Assembly (NCBI GenBank): GCA_964016885.1
Contig: OZ024742.1
Span: 278,380,001-278,444,000 of the forward strand
DNA length: 64,000 nt
Origin: Eledone cirrhosa
Taxonomy: Eukaryota
Reading direction: 5' to 3'
Shown here: positions 27,660-41,877 of the stretch, one piece after another
Position numbering within the stretch: position 1 is the stretch's first letter
How the letters are laid out: each line of letters starts with the position of its first letter
The notes under the pieces: generated by a model
Databases searched by the model: none
What the model saw: the letters and a program-made list of their open reading frames with translations, nothing else
What the model was told of the DNA's origin: nothing
Position numbers and translations under genes: made by a program

Positions 27660-30600
27660 ATAATTACTGTGGGTAAAGGGGTAGAATGATTATTGTGGGT
27701 AAAATGTGGGTAAATGGTAGGTAAAATATTTATTGTGGGTAATGTGGTAGGCAAAATAATTATTGTGGGTAAAAAGGTGGGTAAAATGATTATGTGGGTA
27801 AATATGTGGGTAAAATTATTAATGTGGGTAAAATGTTTATAGTGGGTAAAAAAGGTGGGTAAAATAATTATTGTGGATAATGTGGTGGGTAAAATGATTA
27901 TTGTGGGCAAAATGGTAGGTGAAATAATTTTTTGGGTAAAACGTTGGGTAAAATGATTATTGTGGGTAAACTGATAAATGTGGATAAAATAATTATTGTG
28001 GGTAAAGTGGTGTGTAAAATAATTATGGTGGGAAAACATGTGGGTAAAATAATTACTGTGGGTAAACTTGTGGGTAAAATGATTATAGTAGGTAATGTTG
28101 TGGGTAAAATAATGTTTGTGGGTAAACCCCCCAAATAAAAAACGGATCCGCCCCAAATAAAAAACGACCCCCCCCCCCCCAAAAAAAAAGCGGATCCACC
28201 CCAAATAAAAAACGGACCCCGAATAAAAAACGAATCCCCCCAAATAAAAAACTGACACGCACAAATAAAAAAAGGACTTCCCCGAATAAAAAACGGATCC
28301 CCCCCAAACAAAAAAACGGATCCGCCCAGTTAAAAAACGGATCCCCCCCAAAATAAAAAACGCAGCCACAAATAAAAGACGGATCCGCCCAAATAAATAA
28401 TGGACGCCCAAATAAAAAACGGCCTCCCCAACTAAAAAACGGATCCCCCCAAATAAAAAACAGATCCCCCCGAAATAAAAAACGGATCCCTAAATAAAAA
28501 ACGGATCCCCCCCAAATAAAAAACGGAACATCCCAAATACAAAACAGACCCCCCCCCAAATAAAAGACGGGTCTCCCCCAAATAAAAAGCGGACCCTCCA
28601 CAAATAAAAGACGGACCCTCCCCCAATAGAAAACGGATGCCCCAAATAAAAAACGGACCCGCAAATAAAAAACAGACCATCCCCAAATAAAAAACCAATC
28701 ATCCCCAAATAAAAAACGAAACCCCAAATAAAAAACGCATCCCCACCAAATAAAAACGGATCCCCAAGTAAAAGACGGATCAGCCCCAAATAAAAAACGG
28801 ACACCCCAAAATCAAAGAACGGAACTCCCCAAATAAAAAAACAGGTGCCCCCATATAAAAAACGGATCCTCCTGTATAAAAAATACCCCCCCCCCAATAA
28901 AAACGTAACCCCCAATAAAAAACGTATCCCCCCAAATAAAAAACGGAACCCCCAAATAAAAAAAGGTTCCCCCACAAATAAAAAATGGACCCTCCCCAAA
29001 TAAAAAACGGGTCCCCGCAAATAAAAAACGGACCCTCCCCAATAAAAAACGGACCCCAAATAGAAAACGGATGCCCCACAAATAAAAAACGGATCCCCCA
29101 AAATAAAAAAACCGACTCCTAATAAAAATAGGACGCCCAAATAAAAAATTACGTGGGTAAAATAATAGGTAAAATAATTGTGTGTAAAATTATAGGTAAA
29201 ATAATTAATGTGGTTAAAAGGTGGGTAAAAGAATGATAGTGGGTAAAATGTGTGGGTAAAATTATTATTGTGGGTACTGGTGGGTAAAATGATTATGCGG
29301 GTAAAGTGGTGGGTAAAAGGATTATTGTGTGTAAAAAAGTTGGTAAATTAATTATGGTGAGTAAACTGTTAGGTGAAACAATATTTGTGGGTAAAGTGGT
29401 GGGTAAAATGATTATTGTGGGTAACCTGATAATTGGGTAAATGGGTGGGTGAAATGATTATTGTAGGTAAAATAATTACCGTGGGTAAAGTGGTAGGTGA
29501 AATAATAATTGTGGGTAAATTTGTAGGTAAAATAATTATTGTGTAAAAAGGTGTGTAAAATGATTATTGTGGGTAAAATTATTATTGTGGGTAAAAGGTG
29601 GGGAAATGTTTATATTGGGTAAAGATGGTGGGCAAATAATTATTGTGGGTAAATATGTGGGTAAAATGATTATTGTGGGTAAGATGGTGGGTGAAATGAT
29701 TATTGTGGGTAAAATAATTAATGTGGGTAAAGTGGTAGGTGAAATAATTATTGTGGGTAAATTTTTAGGTAAAATAATTACTGTGGGTAAAAAGGTGTGT
29801 AAATATGATTTATTGTGGGTAAAGTGTGGGTAAAATTATTATTGTGGGTAATAGGTGGGTAAAATGATTATTGTGGGTAAAATGGTAGGTGAAATAATTA
29901 TTTTGGATAAAACTTTGGGTAAAATGATTATTGTGGGTAAACTGAAAAATGTGGATAAAATAATTATTGTGGGGAAAAAATGTGGGTAAATAATTACTGT
30001 GGGTAAAAGGTGGGTAAAATGATTATTGTAGGTAATGTTGTGGGTAAACTGATACATGTGGGTAAAGTGGTGTGTAAAAGGATTATTGTGGGTTAAAGTG
30101 TAGATAAAATAATTTTTGTGGGTAAACCCCCCAAATAAAAAAAATGGACTCCCGAATAAAAAACGGATCCCCCCCAAATAAAAGCAGATCCGCCCCAAAT
30201 AAAAAACGACACCCCCCCAAAAAAAGCGGATCCCCCTCAAATAAAAAACGGACCCCCCGAATAAAAAACGGATCCCCCAAATAAAAAACGGACCTCCATA
30301 TAAAAAACGGATCCCCCCAGATAAAAAACGGTCACCCTAATAAAAACGGATATCCCCAAATAAAAAACGGACACGCACAAATAAAAAAAGGACGTCCCCG
30401 AATAAAAAACGGATCCGCCCAGATAAAAATCCGATCCCCCCAAAATAAAAAACGGAGCCACAAATAAAAAACGGATCCGTCCAAATAAAAAACGGCCTCC
30501 CAAACTAAAAAACGGCTCCCCCAAATAGAAAACAGAGCCTCAAATCAAAAACGGATCGTCCCCAAATAAAAAACAGATCCCCCGAAATAAAAAACGGATC

Positions 30601-33600
30601 CCTAAATAAAAAAACGGATCCCCCCCAAATAAAAAACGGAACATCCCAAATACAAAACAGACCCCCTCCAATAAAAGACGGGTCTCCCCCAAATAAAAAA
30701 CTGACCCGCCACAAATAAAAAACGGACCCTGCCTCAATAGAAAACGGATCCCACAAATAAAAAACTGACCCGCCACAAATAAAAAACGGACCCTGCCGCA
30801 ATAGAAAACGGATCCCCCAAATAAAAAACGGACACGCAAATAAAAAACGGAACCCCAAATAAAAACCGGATCCCCACGAAATAAAAAGGGACCCCCCAAA
30901 TAAAAAAGACCCCAAATAAAAAACAGATCCTCCCATATAAAAAATGCCCCCCCCCCAATAAAAACGCCCCCCCCCAATAAAAACGTATCCCCCCAAATAA
31001 AAAACGGATCCCCCAAATAAAAAACAGATCCCCCCGAAATAAAAAACGGATCCCTAAATAAAAAACGGATCCCCCCCAAAAAAAAAACGGAACATCCCAA
31101 ATACAAAACAGACCCCCCCCAAATAAAAGACGGGTCTCCCCCAAATAAAAAGCGGACCCTCCACAAATAAAAGACGGACCCTCCCCCAATAGAAAACGGA
31201 TGCCCCAAATAAAAAACGGACCCGCAAATAAAAAACAGACCATCCCCAAATAAAAAACCGATCATCCCCAAATAAAAAACGAAACCCCAAATAAAAAACG
31301 CATCCCCACCAAATAAAAACGGATCCCCAAGTAAAAGACGGATCAGCCCCAAATAAAAAACGGACACCCCAAAATAAAAGAACGGAACTCCCCAAATAAA
31401 AAAACAGGTGCCCCCATATAAAAAACGGATCCTCCTGTATAAAAAATACCCCCCCCAATAAAAACGTAACCCCCAATAAAAAACGTATCCCCCCAAATAA
31501 AAAACGGTACCCCCAAATAAAAAAAGTTTCCCCCACAAATAAAAAATGGACCCTCCCCAAATAAAAAACGGGTCCTCGCAAATAAAAAACGGACCCTCCC
31601 CAATAAAAAACGGACCCCAAATAGAAAACGGATGCCCCACAAATAAAAAACGGATTCCCCAAAATAAAAAAACCGACTCCTAATAAAAATAGGACGCCCA
31701 AATAAAAAATTACGTGGGTAAAATAATAGGTAAAATAATTGTGTGTAAAATTGTAGGTAAAATAATTAATGTGGTTAAAAGGTGGGTAAAAGAATGATAG
31801 TGGGTAAAATGTGTGGGTAAAATTATTATTGTGGGTACTGGTGGGTAAAATGATTATGCGGGTAAAGTGGTGGGTAAAAGGATTATTGTGTGTAAAAAAG
31901 TTAGTAAATTAATTATGGTGAGTAAACTGTTAGGTGAAACAATATTTGTGGGTAAAGTGGTGGGTAAAATGATTATTGTGGGTAACCTGATAATTGGGTA
32001 AATGGGTGGGTGAAATGATTATTGTAGGTAAAGTGGTAGGTGAAATAATTATTGTGGGTAAATTTGTAGGTAAAATAATTATTGTGTAAAAAGGTGTGTA
32101 AAATGATTATTGTGGGTAAAATTATTATTGTGGGTAAAAGGTGGGGAAATGTTTATATTGGGTAAAGATGGTGGGCAAATAATTATTGTGGGTAAATATG
32201 TGGGTAAAATGATTATTGTGGGTAAGATGGTGGGTGAAATGATTATTGTGGGTAAAATAATTAATGTGGGTAAAGTGGTAGGTGAAATAATTATTGTGGG
32301 TAAATTTTTAGGTAAAATAATTACTGTGGGTAAAAAGGTGTGTAAATATGATTTATTGTGGGTAAAGTGTGGGTAAAATTATTATTGTGGGTAATAGGTG
32401 GGTAAAATGATTATTGTGGGTAAAATGGTAGGTGAAATAATTATTTTGGATAAAACTTTGGGTAAAATGATTATTGTGGGTAAACTGAAAAATGTGGATA
32501 AAATAATTATTGTGGGGAAAAAATGTGGGTAAATAATTACCTTGGGTAAACTGGTGGGTAAAATGATTATTGTAGGTAATGTTGTGGGTAAACTGATACA
32601 TGTGGGTAAAGTGGTGTGTAAAAGGATTATTGTGGGTTAAAGTGTAGATAAAATAATTTTTGTGGGTAAACCCCCCAAATAAAAAAATGGACTCCCGAAT
32701 AAAAAACGGATCCCCCCCAAATAAAAGCAGATCCGCCCCAAATAAAAAACGACACCCCCCCAAAAAAAGCGGATCCCCCTCAAATAAAAAACGGACCCCC
32801 CGAATAAAAAACGGATCCCCCAAATAAAAAACGGACCTCCATATAAAAAACGGATCCCCCAGATAAAAAACGGTCACCCTAATAAAAACGGATATCCCAA
32901 ATAAAAAACGGACACGCACAAATAAAAAAAGGACGTCCCCGAATAAAAAACGGATCCGCCCAGATAAAAATCCGATCCCCCCAAAATAAAAAACGGAGCC
33001 ACAAATAAAAGACGGATCCGTCCAAATAAAAAACGGCCTCCCAAACTAAAAAACGGCTCCCCCAAATAGAAAACAGAGCCTCAAATCAAAAACGGATCGT
33101 CCCCAAATAAAAAACAGATCCCCCGAAATAAAAAACGGATCCCTAAATAAAAAAACGGATCCCCCCCAAATAAAAAACGGAACATCCCAAATACAAAACA
33201 GACCCCCTCCAATAAAAGACGGGTCTCCCCCAAATAAAAAACTGACCCGCCACAAATAAAAAACGGACCCTGCCCCAATAGAAAACGGATCCCCCAAATA
33301 AAAAACTGACCCGCCACAAATAAAAAACGGACCCTGCCCCAATAGAAAACGGATCCCCCAAATAAAAAACGGACACGCAAATAAAAAACGGAACCCCAAA
33401 TAAAAACCGGATCCCCACGAAATAAAAAGGGACCCCCCAAATAAAAAAGACCCCAAATAAAAAACAGATCCTCCCATATAAAAAATGCCCCCCCCCCAAT
33501 AAAAACGCCCCCCCCCCCCAATAAAAACGTATCCCCCCAAATAAAAAACGGATCACCCCAAATAAAAAATGAACCCTCCCCAAATAAAAAACGGATACCC

Positions 33601-35895
33601 CCAAATAAAAAATGGACCCTCCCCAAATAAAAAACGGATCCCCCCAGATAAAAAACGGATCCGCCCCAATAAAAAACGGACCCCCAAATAGAAAACGGAT
33701 GCCCCACAAATAAAAAACGGATGCCCCAATATAAAAAAAGGACTCCCTAATAAAAATCGGACGCCCAAATAAAAAATACTGTCGGTAAAATGATAGGTAA
33801 AATAATTATTGTGGGTAAAGTTGTAGGTAAAATGATTATTGTGTGTAAAGTGGTAGGTAAAATAATGATAGTGGGTAAAATTGTGGGTAAAATAATTATT
33901 GTGGGTAAATATGTAGGTAAAATAATTATTGTGGGTAAAAAGGTGGGTAAATAATGATAGTGGGTAAAATTGGTGGGTAAAATTATTATTGTGGGTACTG
34001 GTGGGTAAAATGATTATTGCGGGTAAAAAGGTGGGTAAAAGGATTATTGTGTGTAAAAAAGTTGGTAAATTAATTAATGGTGGGTAAAATGTTAGGTGAA
34101 ACAATTATTGTGGGTAAAGTGGTGGGTAAAATGATTGTAGTGGGTAACTGATAATTGGGTAAACTGGTGGGTGAAATGATTATGGTGGGTAAAATAATTA
34201 CCGTGGGTAAAGTGGTAGGTGAAATAATTATTGTGTGTAAATTTGTTGGTGAAATAATTATTAGGGTAAAAATTTGGGTACAATGATTATTGTGGGTAAA
34301 TTGATAAATGTGGGAAAAAGAATTATGGTGGTTAAAATAATTATTGTGGGTAAACAGGTGGGTAAACTGGTGGGTACAATGATTATTGTGGGTAAAAGGG
34401 TATGTAAAATAATTGTTGTGGGTAAACACCCAAATAAAAAATGGTGCCCCAAATAAAAAACGGACCCCCCCAAAATAAAATACTGACCCCAAATAAAAAA
34501 AAGACGCTCCCCGAATAAAAATCGGATCCCCCCAAATAAAAAACGGAGCCCCAATTAAAAACGGATTCGCCCCAAATAAAAAACGGACGCCCAAATAAAA
34601 ACGGATCCCCTCCAAATAGAAAACAGAGCCGCAAATAAAAAACCGTCCCTAAGTAAAAAACGGATCCCCCCGAAATAAAAAACGGATCGCTAAATAAAAG
34701 ACGGAACATCCCAAATACAAAACGGTCCCTCCACAAATAAAAAACGGACCCTCCCCCAATAGAAAACGGATCCCCCAAATAAAAAATGAACCCGCAAATA
34801 AAAAACGGACCCCCCCCCCATAAAAAACAGACCCCAAATAAAAAACGGATCCCCCCAAATAAAAAACGGATCCCCAAGTAAAAGACGGATCCCCCCAAAA
34901 TAAAAAAAACGGACCCCAAATAAAAAACGGTTCCCCCCAATAAAAAACGGATCCCCATATTAAAAGCGGACCCCCTCAAATAAAAAAACGGACCCCTAAA
35001 TAAAAAACGGATCCCCCCAAATAAAAAACGGATCCCCCCAAATAAAAAACGGATCCTCCCATATAAAAAATAGCCCCCCAAATAAAAAACGGTCCCCACC
35101 CAAATACCTCCCCTCCAATAAAAAACGGACACCCTTAAGTAACCCCCCCCCAATAAAAAACGGATCCCCAAATAAGAAACGGACTACCCAAATAAAAAAC
35201 GCCCCTCAATAAAAAACGGATCCCCATATGAAAAACGGATCCTCCCAAATAAAAAGCGGATCCCCCAAATAAAAAACGGATCCTCCCCAATAAAAAACGG
35301 ACCCCCCAAATAGAAAACGGATCCCCCACAAATAAAAACGGATCCCCCAAAATAAAAAAAACAGACCCCTAATGAAAATCGGACGCCCAAATAAAAAATA
35401 TTGTGGGTAAACATATAGGTAAAATAATTATTGTGGGTAAAATGATAGGTAAAATAATTATTGTGTGTAAAGTGGTAGGTAAAATAATAATATTGGGTAA
35501 AATTGTGGGTAAAATAATAATTGCGGGTAAAATGGTAGGTAAAATAATTATTGTGGGTAAAGTTGTAGGTAAAATGATTATTGTGTGTAAAATGGTAGGT
35601 AAAATAATAATTGTTTCTACTTTTGGCACACGGCCAGCAATTACTCAGTACATTACAGGTACTTTATTGTATCGACCTCGTAAGGATGAAAGGCAAAGTT
35701 AACCTCGGTGGGATTTGACTCAGACTGTAAAGGGACGTAACTATGCTAGAAAGCATGGCGTCCACCCCTCTACCAATACTGCCAAAATATTGCGTAAAAT
35801 TGTGGGTAAACTGGTAGGTAAAATAATTATTGTGGGTAAAAAGGTGGGTAAAATAATGATAGTGGATAAAATGGTAGGTAAAGTGGTGGGTGAAA
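27660..35895. repeat. Composite satellite: alternating blocks of TGTGGGTAAAAT(G/A)ATTAT-type and AAATAAAAAACGGATCCCCC-type minisatellites
   Basis: A blocks ~27660-28125, 29151-30125, 31711-32670, 33779-34425, 35401-35895; B blocks lie between. ~2.55-kb tandem duplication. Confidence 0.95.
35608..35785 (-). mobile_element. SINE family 1 inserted into the last satellite A block
   Basis: Full SINE core, with the A-type repeat resuming on both sides. Confidence 0.85.
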
Positions 35896-36289
35896 TCAAG
35901 AAAGGGAGAAAGAGGGTAGGAAGTGGAGTAAAGGGGGCTAGGGAAATAATGGGTTGGAAGAGGAGAAGTGGAAGAAGGGGAGGAAAAACATCAAGGGAAG
36001 GAAGGTTAAAGAAATAGGGAATTTGAGGTTAAAAAATGGGGAAACGTGGGGGTGAAGAGGGATACGAAGTGTCAAAGTGTGGGAAAGAGGCGGAAAAGGG
36101 TGTAATGGGGGAGAATCAACACCATGAGGTCAACTACAATACAACGAGGTCACGTAAAGTGTTTCTTTCACAAGAAATTTGAAGCAAAAGATACCAAGTA
36201 ACCATATAACTTCAATAGCTCATCATAATCAACCCCGGGTGAAACTCTAGGACCAACCACCAATAAACACCCTGGTGGTCGGCAAACAT

Positions 36290-37092
36290 GATCAACTGTT
36301 CTGTATGTCTATGATCAGATCTCCAGTCAGATTCTTAATCGATACAGAAGTAGAAGTCAGTGTCATCTCGGTATCTGCAAACGACCTCCGTTATAGAGAG
36401 GGGAGTCAGTGGTAGCTGCCAATGATTCTACAATCAAAGCTTAGAGATACCGTACTCTCTCCCTCCACAGAGACTCACAGTAATATACATGGACATTCAC
36501 CGTTGCTGATGACCATCAGCCTATCATTGGAGCAGACCTCCTTCGGGCTCACACGCTGCTGGTCGATAATCGGGGGAAACGACTCGTCAATAGCAGTAAG
36601 TATGCCTCTGTTTCTCTGGCAACATCTGCACGTGTGACTTTTCATATATCAAATGTCTCTGAGACCAAGAAGTTCTCGGAATTCCTTTTGAGTTACCTGA
36701 AACTCATTATCATGACATCTCCTAATCCACAACTCACCACAGAGTAAAGAACTACATTCTAACCACCAGTCTCCGGTACACAACCGTTATGTCGCCTAAC
36801 ACCAGACACATTTGCTATTGTGAAGGTCAAATTTGACAATAAGGAAGCTTTGGGCATCGTTCATCGATCAAACCGTCCCTAGTCTTCACCTCTACACGAA
36901 GCATCAAAACCCAATAGAGCTTGGCCGACCGAGCAGGGATTATCGCCGTCTTCACAGAAGTACCTCACCCTACTGTTACTCCATTCTGCATATACAAGGC
37001 TTCTCGGTTCAGTTAGCAGGGTGCTCTATTTTCTTCGAAATCTACCTCAACCGAGGTTATCATCAATTACCTGTACTAGATGATAACGTGTA
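36290..37092 (+). mobile_element. Gypsy LTR-retrotransposon pol fragment (protease + RT N-terminus), decayed
   Basis: RFLIDTEVEVSVI, VAANDSTIK, WTFTVADDHQPIIGADLLRAHTLLVD, then DYRRL..TSPYCYSILHIQGFSVQLAGCSIFFEIYLNRGYHQLPV. Confidence 0.8.
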
Positions 37093-37638
37093 AATACAAT
37101 TTAATACAAAAAGAAAAAAGAAAATTTAGATCGAGAAGAAAGAATGGAATGTAAAATGAGAAAATATAAAAAAAAACGGAAAAAGAAAGATATGGCAAGG
37201 GCTCTAGTTCTTCTAATACATGTATCGTTGTCATAATCATAGTGATAGTCGTCGTTGTTCCACTGTTTCACTAATTGAAAGAGTTGGGCATGATCTAATG
37301 AAGGGGAAATAAGAGGAAATAAGGGGTCCCGAATGCACACGCAATATAGCAGAATAACTACTTAATTGTTTTTTTGACATTCTTTTCTTCCTTGTTCTTT
37401 AATTTCTTACTCCGCTTCCTTCCTTCGGTCTTTTAATTTCTTTCACGGCTTCTTTCCTCTCATGATATTTTTTCGTTCTTTAGAGTCAATTTCTTATTTT
37501 CATCAAACTGTTCCCTATGTTCACTGTTTTACTAATTTTTCTTTTCTTTCTTCTTATTTACCATCTTTTTTTCAATCCCCGGGTCTGTTTATCTTGATTT
37601 TCTGTCTATCTATCTACCTATATATCTATCTATCAATT

Positions 37639-37672
<34 letters not shown>

Positions 37673-38146
37673 CCCAGTCTGTCTATCTGTATTCCTCTCT
37701 ATTTATCTATCTATCTATCTATCGATCCATTTAGAAACACACTCACATCTATCTTCCTGCCTGTTTGTCTGTCAGTGAATCAACTGAAATAAGAAGTAAC
37801 GAGAAAAGAAATTGGTTGAACGAGTAAGCAAAAAAGAGACAAAGAGAGAAAGAAAGCAAGAGAACGAGGGGATAAAAAGTTTAATAAAATCAGTATGAAG
37901 TGCTTAAATAGATAGATAGATAGATAGATAGATTTCTTTATTTACCATAAAGGCATAAAAAGAAGGGCAAATACAAAGGGGGAGTTTACATATAATGGAG
38001 TAAAAAGGGTGTAACATGAAAATAATCGAAAATAACCTCAAAAGGGAGGGGACGTGATGGGGGTTGCACACACCCCCGAAAAAGTGTGCAATCCTTTGCC
38101 CGGGGAGCACATGGGGAAGGTGCTCCCCTCTCCTTTACTTCTTTAC

Positions 38147-39694
38147 CTACAGGATGGTATACAGAGAAGGCCCATTTACACGAGCCATTCTCGCCACTAT
38201 CACCCACCTTTCATAAAACTGCCTGTGGCCAAGCACCTCTCTCTCCATTCTTATCCTTCTTCCGAAGTGATATCGGAAGAAGTAGACCAGACTATGGCCA
38301 GAGAGGAAGTTGCCTGACCTCAGACCTTTCAATCGTGTCCACCAAACAACCTCTTTCAACATGGCTATTACGCACAGAAAAACCGCCTTTGCTTCCTTTG
38401 TGAAGAGGGGAGGCGGTTTGATTGTCATCACGGACTCGGCGGTCAATTTAATCGGCGCCACCCGCGACAGCAGTCGTTCGGCGTAGCCCCACAGATCAGC
38501 CACGCCCGGACATTGCACCAATGCGTGCGCAACGGTTTCTTCGTGACGCACGCATCTAGGGCAAATCTTTTTTGAGGGATCCCTGCCCGGGCGCCCGTGT
38601 CTGTAGAGCCTCTCTCGAACGGGTAGAGCCTCCCGGTAGCACTGCCAGGCCAGTGACTTCTGGAAGTTGTCCATTGGTCCTGGGCCGAAAGTCCTACCGA
38701 ACAGGCTGGCCAGTTCGTCTTCTTCCATGTCCAGCGACTCTCCAAGGGTGTCATCGCCCCTGCTAGCCACCAGCCCTCTATAGAATGATGAGGTGGATTC
38801 TCCACAGATAGCCCGGCCCGCTTGCCTGAGAGCCCTGAGCGCCTGAGCACACTCAGTGTGCCAGTCTCCCAGTTTTCCGGATCTTTGCTTGACCCAGGAC
38901 TGTAGCTCGGTGAGCGAGACGAGTCTCGGAAAGGCTCGTTTCACGAACGGAGCCCACACCGGTTGACCAGTGAGGAATACCTGTAGGTGCCGTAGCCTTA
39001 ATGCGTGCCTACGCATCATCAACCACGGCATCCCCAGCCCTCCTTTCGAAGGTTGTTGGCAGCAGATGGAACTTCTCACCATAGGAGGGCGCTTCTTCCA
39101 AAGAAATTGGAAGAGCATGCGTTCCATGGTGGTGAGTGTTTCCTTAGGGCAAGGCACGACAGTCAGGCGGTAGTAAGTGACGGACGCTATGTAAATGTTC
39201 GCCACCTCCGCCCGGCCTTTTAGGGACAGCTTACACTTGCCCCATTTCTGGGTTAGTGCAAACACCTTGTTCGTAACCTCGTTCCAGTTCTTTTCCACCT
39301 GGAGGTCCGGTCCAAACCAGACCCCAAGCAACTTTACCGGGCCCTCCGTCCAGTGTCCGACGACACCGTCAGGAGGCATCGGTCTGCCTCTCCACGTTCC
39401 GAGTTGCAGCCCGATGGATTTTTCCCGGTTCAGTTTCGCTCCTGACAACCTTTCGTACTCCTTCAGTAAGGTACCGATCGCCTCGATCTCCGAGTCGGTC
39501 GATACCATTACTGTTACGTCATCGGCGTAGGCCGACACCGCTTTGCTCAATCCTGGTTCCAGGGGGATACCCTGCAACAACTCCAACTTCCTCAGTAAAG
39601 GCTCGAGAGTCAATACGTACAGAAGGGAGGAGAGAAGGCACCCCTGTCGAATGGATCGTGTGATTTCGAACGGCTTCGAAAGGTAGCCGTTCAC
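38147..39694 (-). pseudogene. Tx1 ORF2 part 3: RT core, thumb and C-terminal zinc-binding domain
   Basis: SIRQGCLLSSLLY, AYADD, KGGLG, CPRC..EETVAHALVQC. Confidence 0.92.
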
Positions 39695-39724
39695 CTTGAT
39701 CCTAGAACAGATGTGGTTGCTATG

Positions 39725-40402
39725 TCAGGCAGTTATCCAGCCTCTGAAAACAGGACCGAACCCAGCCGCCGCTAGCACCGCATCCAGGTAACCATGGTCG
39801 ACCCTATCGAAGGCCTTAGACTGATCCAAGTTGATCAGGGCCCCACCGAAGCCGGGTTTGTTGCCAACCTTCTCTATGATGTATCGCATGAGGTGGAGGT
39901 TATCGTGAATGGACCTGGATGGGATAGCACATATCTGCGCATCTCCCACCAGGCCACCCACGACAAGCGCCAACCTCTTTGCTAACACCTTGGCCAAAAT
40001 CTTTAACTCTGTGTTTAGCAGGGTTATGGGCCAAAAATTATTTATACTATCCCCCTTGTTCTCGTCCTTCCTCACCAGCGTGACTACGCCCTTGGCTACA
40101 GAACAAGGAATTCTCCCGTTCTGCTGCCAATTGCAGTAGACCGCTTCGAGGAGTTCGGAGAAGAAGACCGGCATTGCTAAATAAAGTTCGTAAGGTATAC
40201 CATCGAGACCTGGAGATTTGCGTCTGCTGCATTGGCTCAGCGCATCTCCGATCTCATCAGCCGAGATTGGTCCCTCGCAGGACTCTGCCTCTTCGCTCGA
40301 GAGACGCGGCAGGCCGTCGATGTATGGACCGAAATCCACCCCCCGCCCGGACACTCGCCTCCCCCGAACAATCGGGCAAAGTGCCTTTGAAAGGCCTCGC
40401 AC
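39725..40402 (-). pseudogene. Tx1 ORF2 part 2: RT N-terminal half
   Basis: KSPGLDGIPYELY, PITLLNTELKILAKVLAKRL, LDQSKAFDRVDH. Confidence 0.92.
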
Positions 40403-40474
40403 ATCTGCTTAGGCTCCCGGATCACCCGTCCATCTTCGTCTTGCAACGACCGGATGGTGGATCGATTTCCACTC

Positions 40475-41584
40475 TTAGCTTCTGTCACATGGGGCCCAGC
40501 CAACGGCTTTGGGCCCCTCATTACCTAGAGCACGTATTTTACTTCGTATGACGCAGCCTTCGTGCTTTGCATCGAAAAACTGGTTCAAGGCCGTCCTCGA
40601 TGCCAGCACTCTGGCCACATCTTCGCTCTTGATTGCCTCTTCTAATTTACCTGTTAATTCTTTCTCGTTTCTATTCCTATCGGCAGCTAACATCTTGCTA
40701 TAACTAATTGATTCTGTTCTAATCTCTCTTTTGAGAGATGCCCACCATCGGTTGTTGACGATTGCACCCGTCAACCTCTCCTTAACTAATCTGCTAATCC
40801 GGTTTCTGTAAGTCTCTTTTGCCGGTAAAGACAAATTATGTTTCCAGTGACCGGGACCCTGTTTATGTGTTTTCTCGAGATTGACTACGCAGGTCACTAA
40901 TTTGTGGTCCGTGTAGCCAACCGTGCGCATTTCTGGACAGCTTAATATGTCCCTATCCTTACTTTTAACTAAGAATCTATCTAAGTACGATCTAGATTGA
41001 CCACTGTGGTTTCTCCAAGTCCAGGTAGGCACAGTTGGAAAATCTAGTCGATATCTATCGACCAAGTTAAAACGGTCGAGTAACCCCTTGAGGCTGTTAC
41101 ACCCCTCTCTATTAGGACATGCTCCTGCATAGTCCCAACGTGCATCTAGGATGTCATTCCAATCCCCCGCTAGAAGCAGGGAACGCGACGTTCCCAGAAA
41201 AGTCTCCAAACGCTGGAAGAAGTCGGGCCGTTCAGCTCCGAAAGGGGAGTAGACGGCGACCAGTCTCAAGGCCGCACTTTCACTACTGCCAACGTCTAGC
41301 ACCAACAAACGACCCTCCGGGTCCGAGTGCACAACCTGTACGGCAAGACCCAGGTGTTTTTGCAGCAGTACGACAACCCCACCCCCACCTCCAGGTTGAC
41401 AGAGAGATGCATGCACCTCAAAGTCATCGAAGGTGGGGGCCAGCTGCCGCACGACGCTGATTCGAGTCTCACAGATAACCATTACATTTATACTACATGA
41501 CCTGAGGTCATTTAGAAGCTTTGCTTGCTTCCAAGTTGAGCCCAGGCCACGTGCATTCAAACACCCTACTCTTAACACATCCAT
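40475..41584 (-). pseudogene. Tx1 ORF2 part 1: apurinic-like endonuclease
   Basis: GCLNARGL, ICETR, VAVYSP, AGDWN, WTW..SRSYLDRFLV, YTDHKLV; frameshifted from the next part. Confidence 0.92.
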
Positions 41585-41877
41585 GTGGGCGGCAGAGCCA
41601 AAGGAGAGTGTAGAGACCTACCTTTCCGCTTCCCGGGGTTCGGGTTGCACGACTTCCATGGGGTCGGGGGTGTTGGGTGAAGGGGTGTCTTGTGGTGGTG
41701 TGGGGTCGTCAGTGTGTGGTGGGGTTGGGGTGTTTGGAGTTGTGTTGGGGAGGGGAAGGGGAGGGGGAAAGCTTTTTAGTAGGACGCGGTTTATGGGTTT
41801 GACAGAGGGTGGTCCTACGTCCTCCTTAAAATCCTTTTTTAGTTTTTGGTAGAGGTTCATTGGGATCTTTATTAATT

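Noticed and set aside
27656-35700. G/F-rich ORFs up to 366 aa, and a CRISPR-like periodic appearance
   Set aside because: Translations of satellite DNA open in several frames. There are no unique spacers or cas genes, and the context is eukaryotic.
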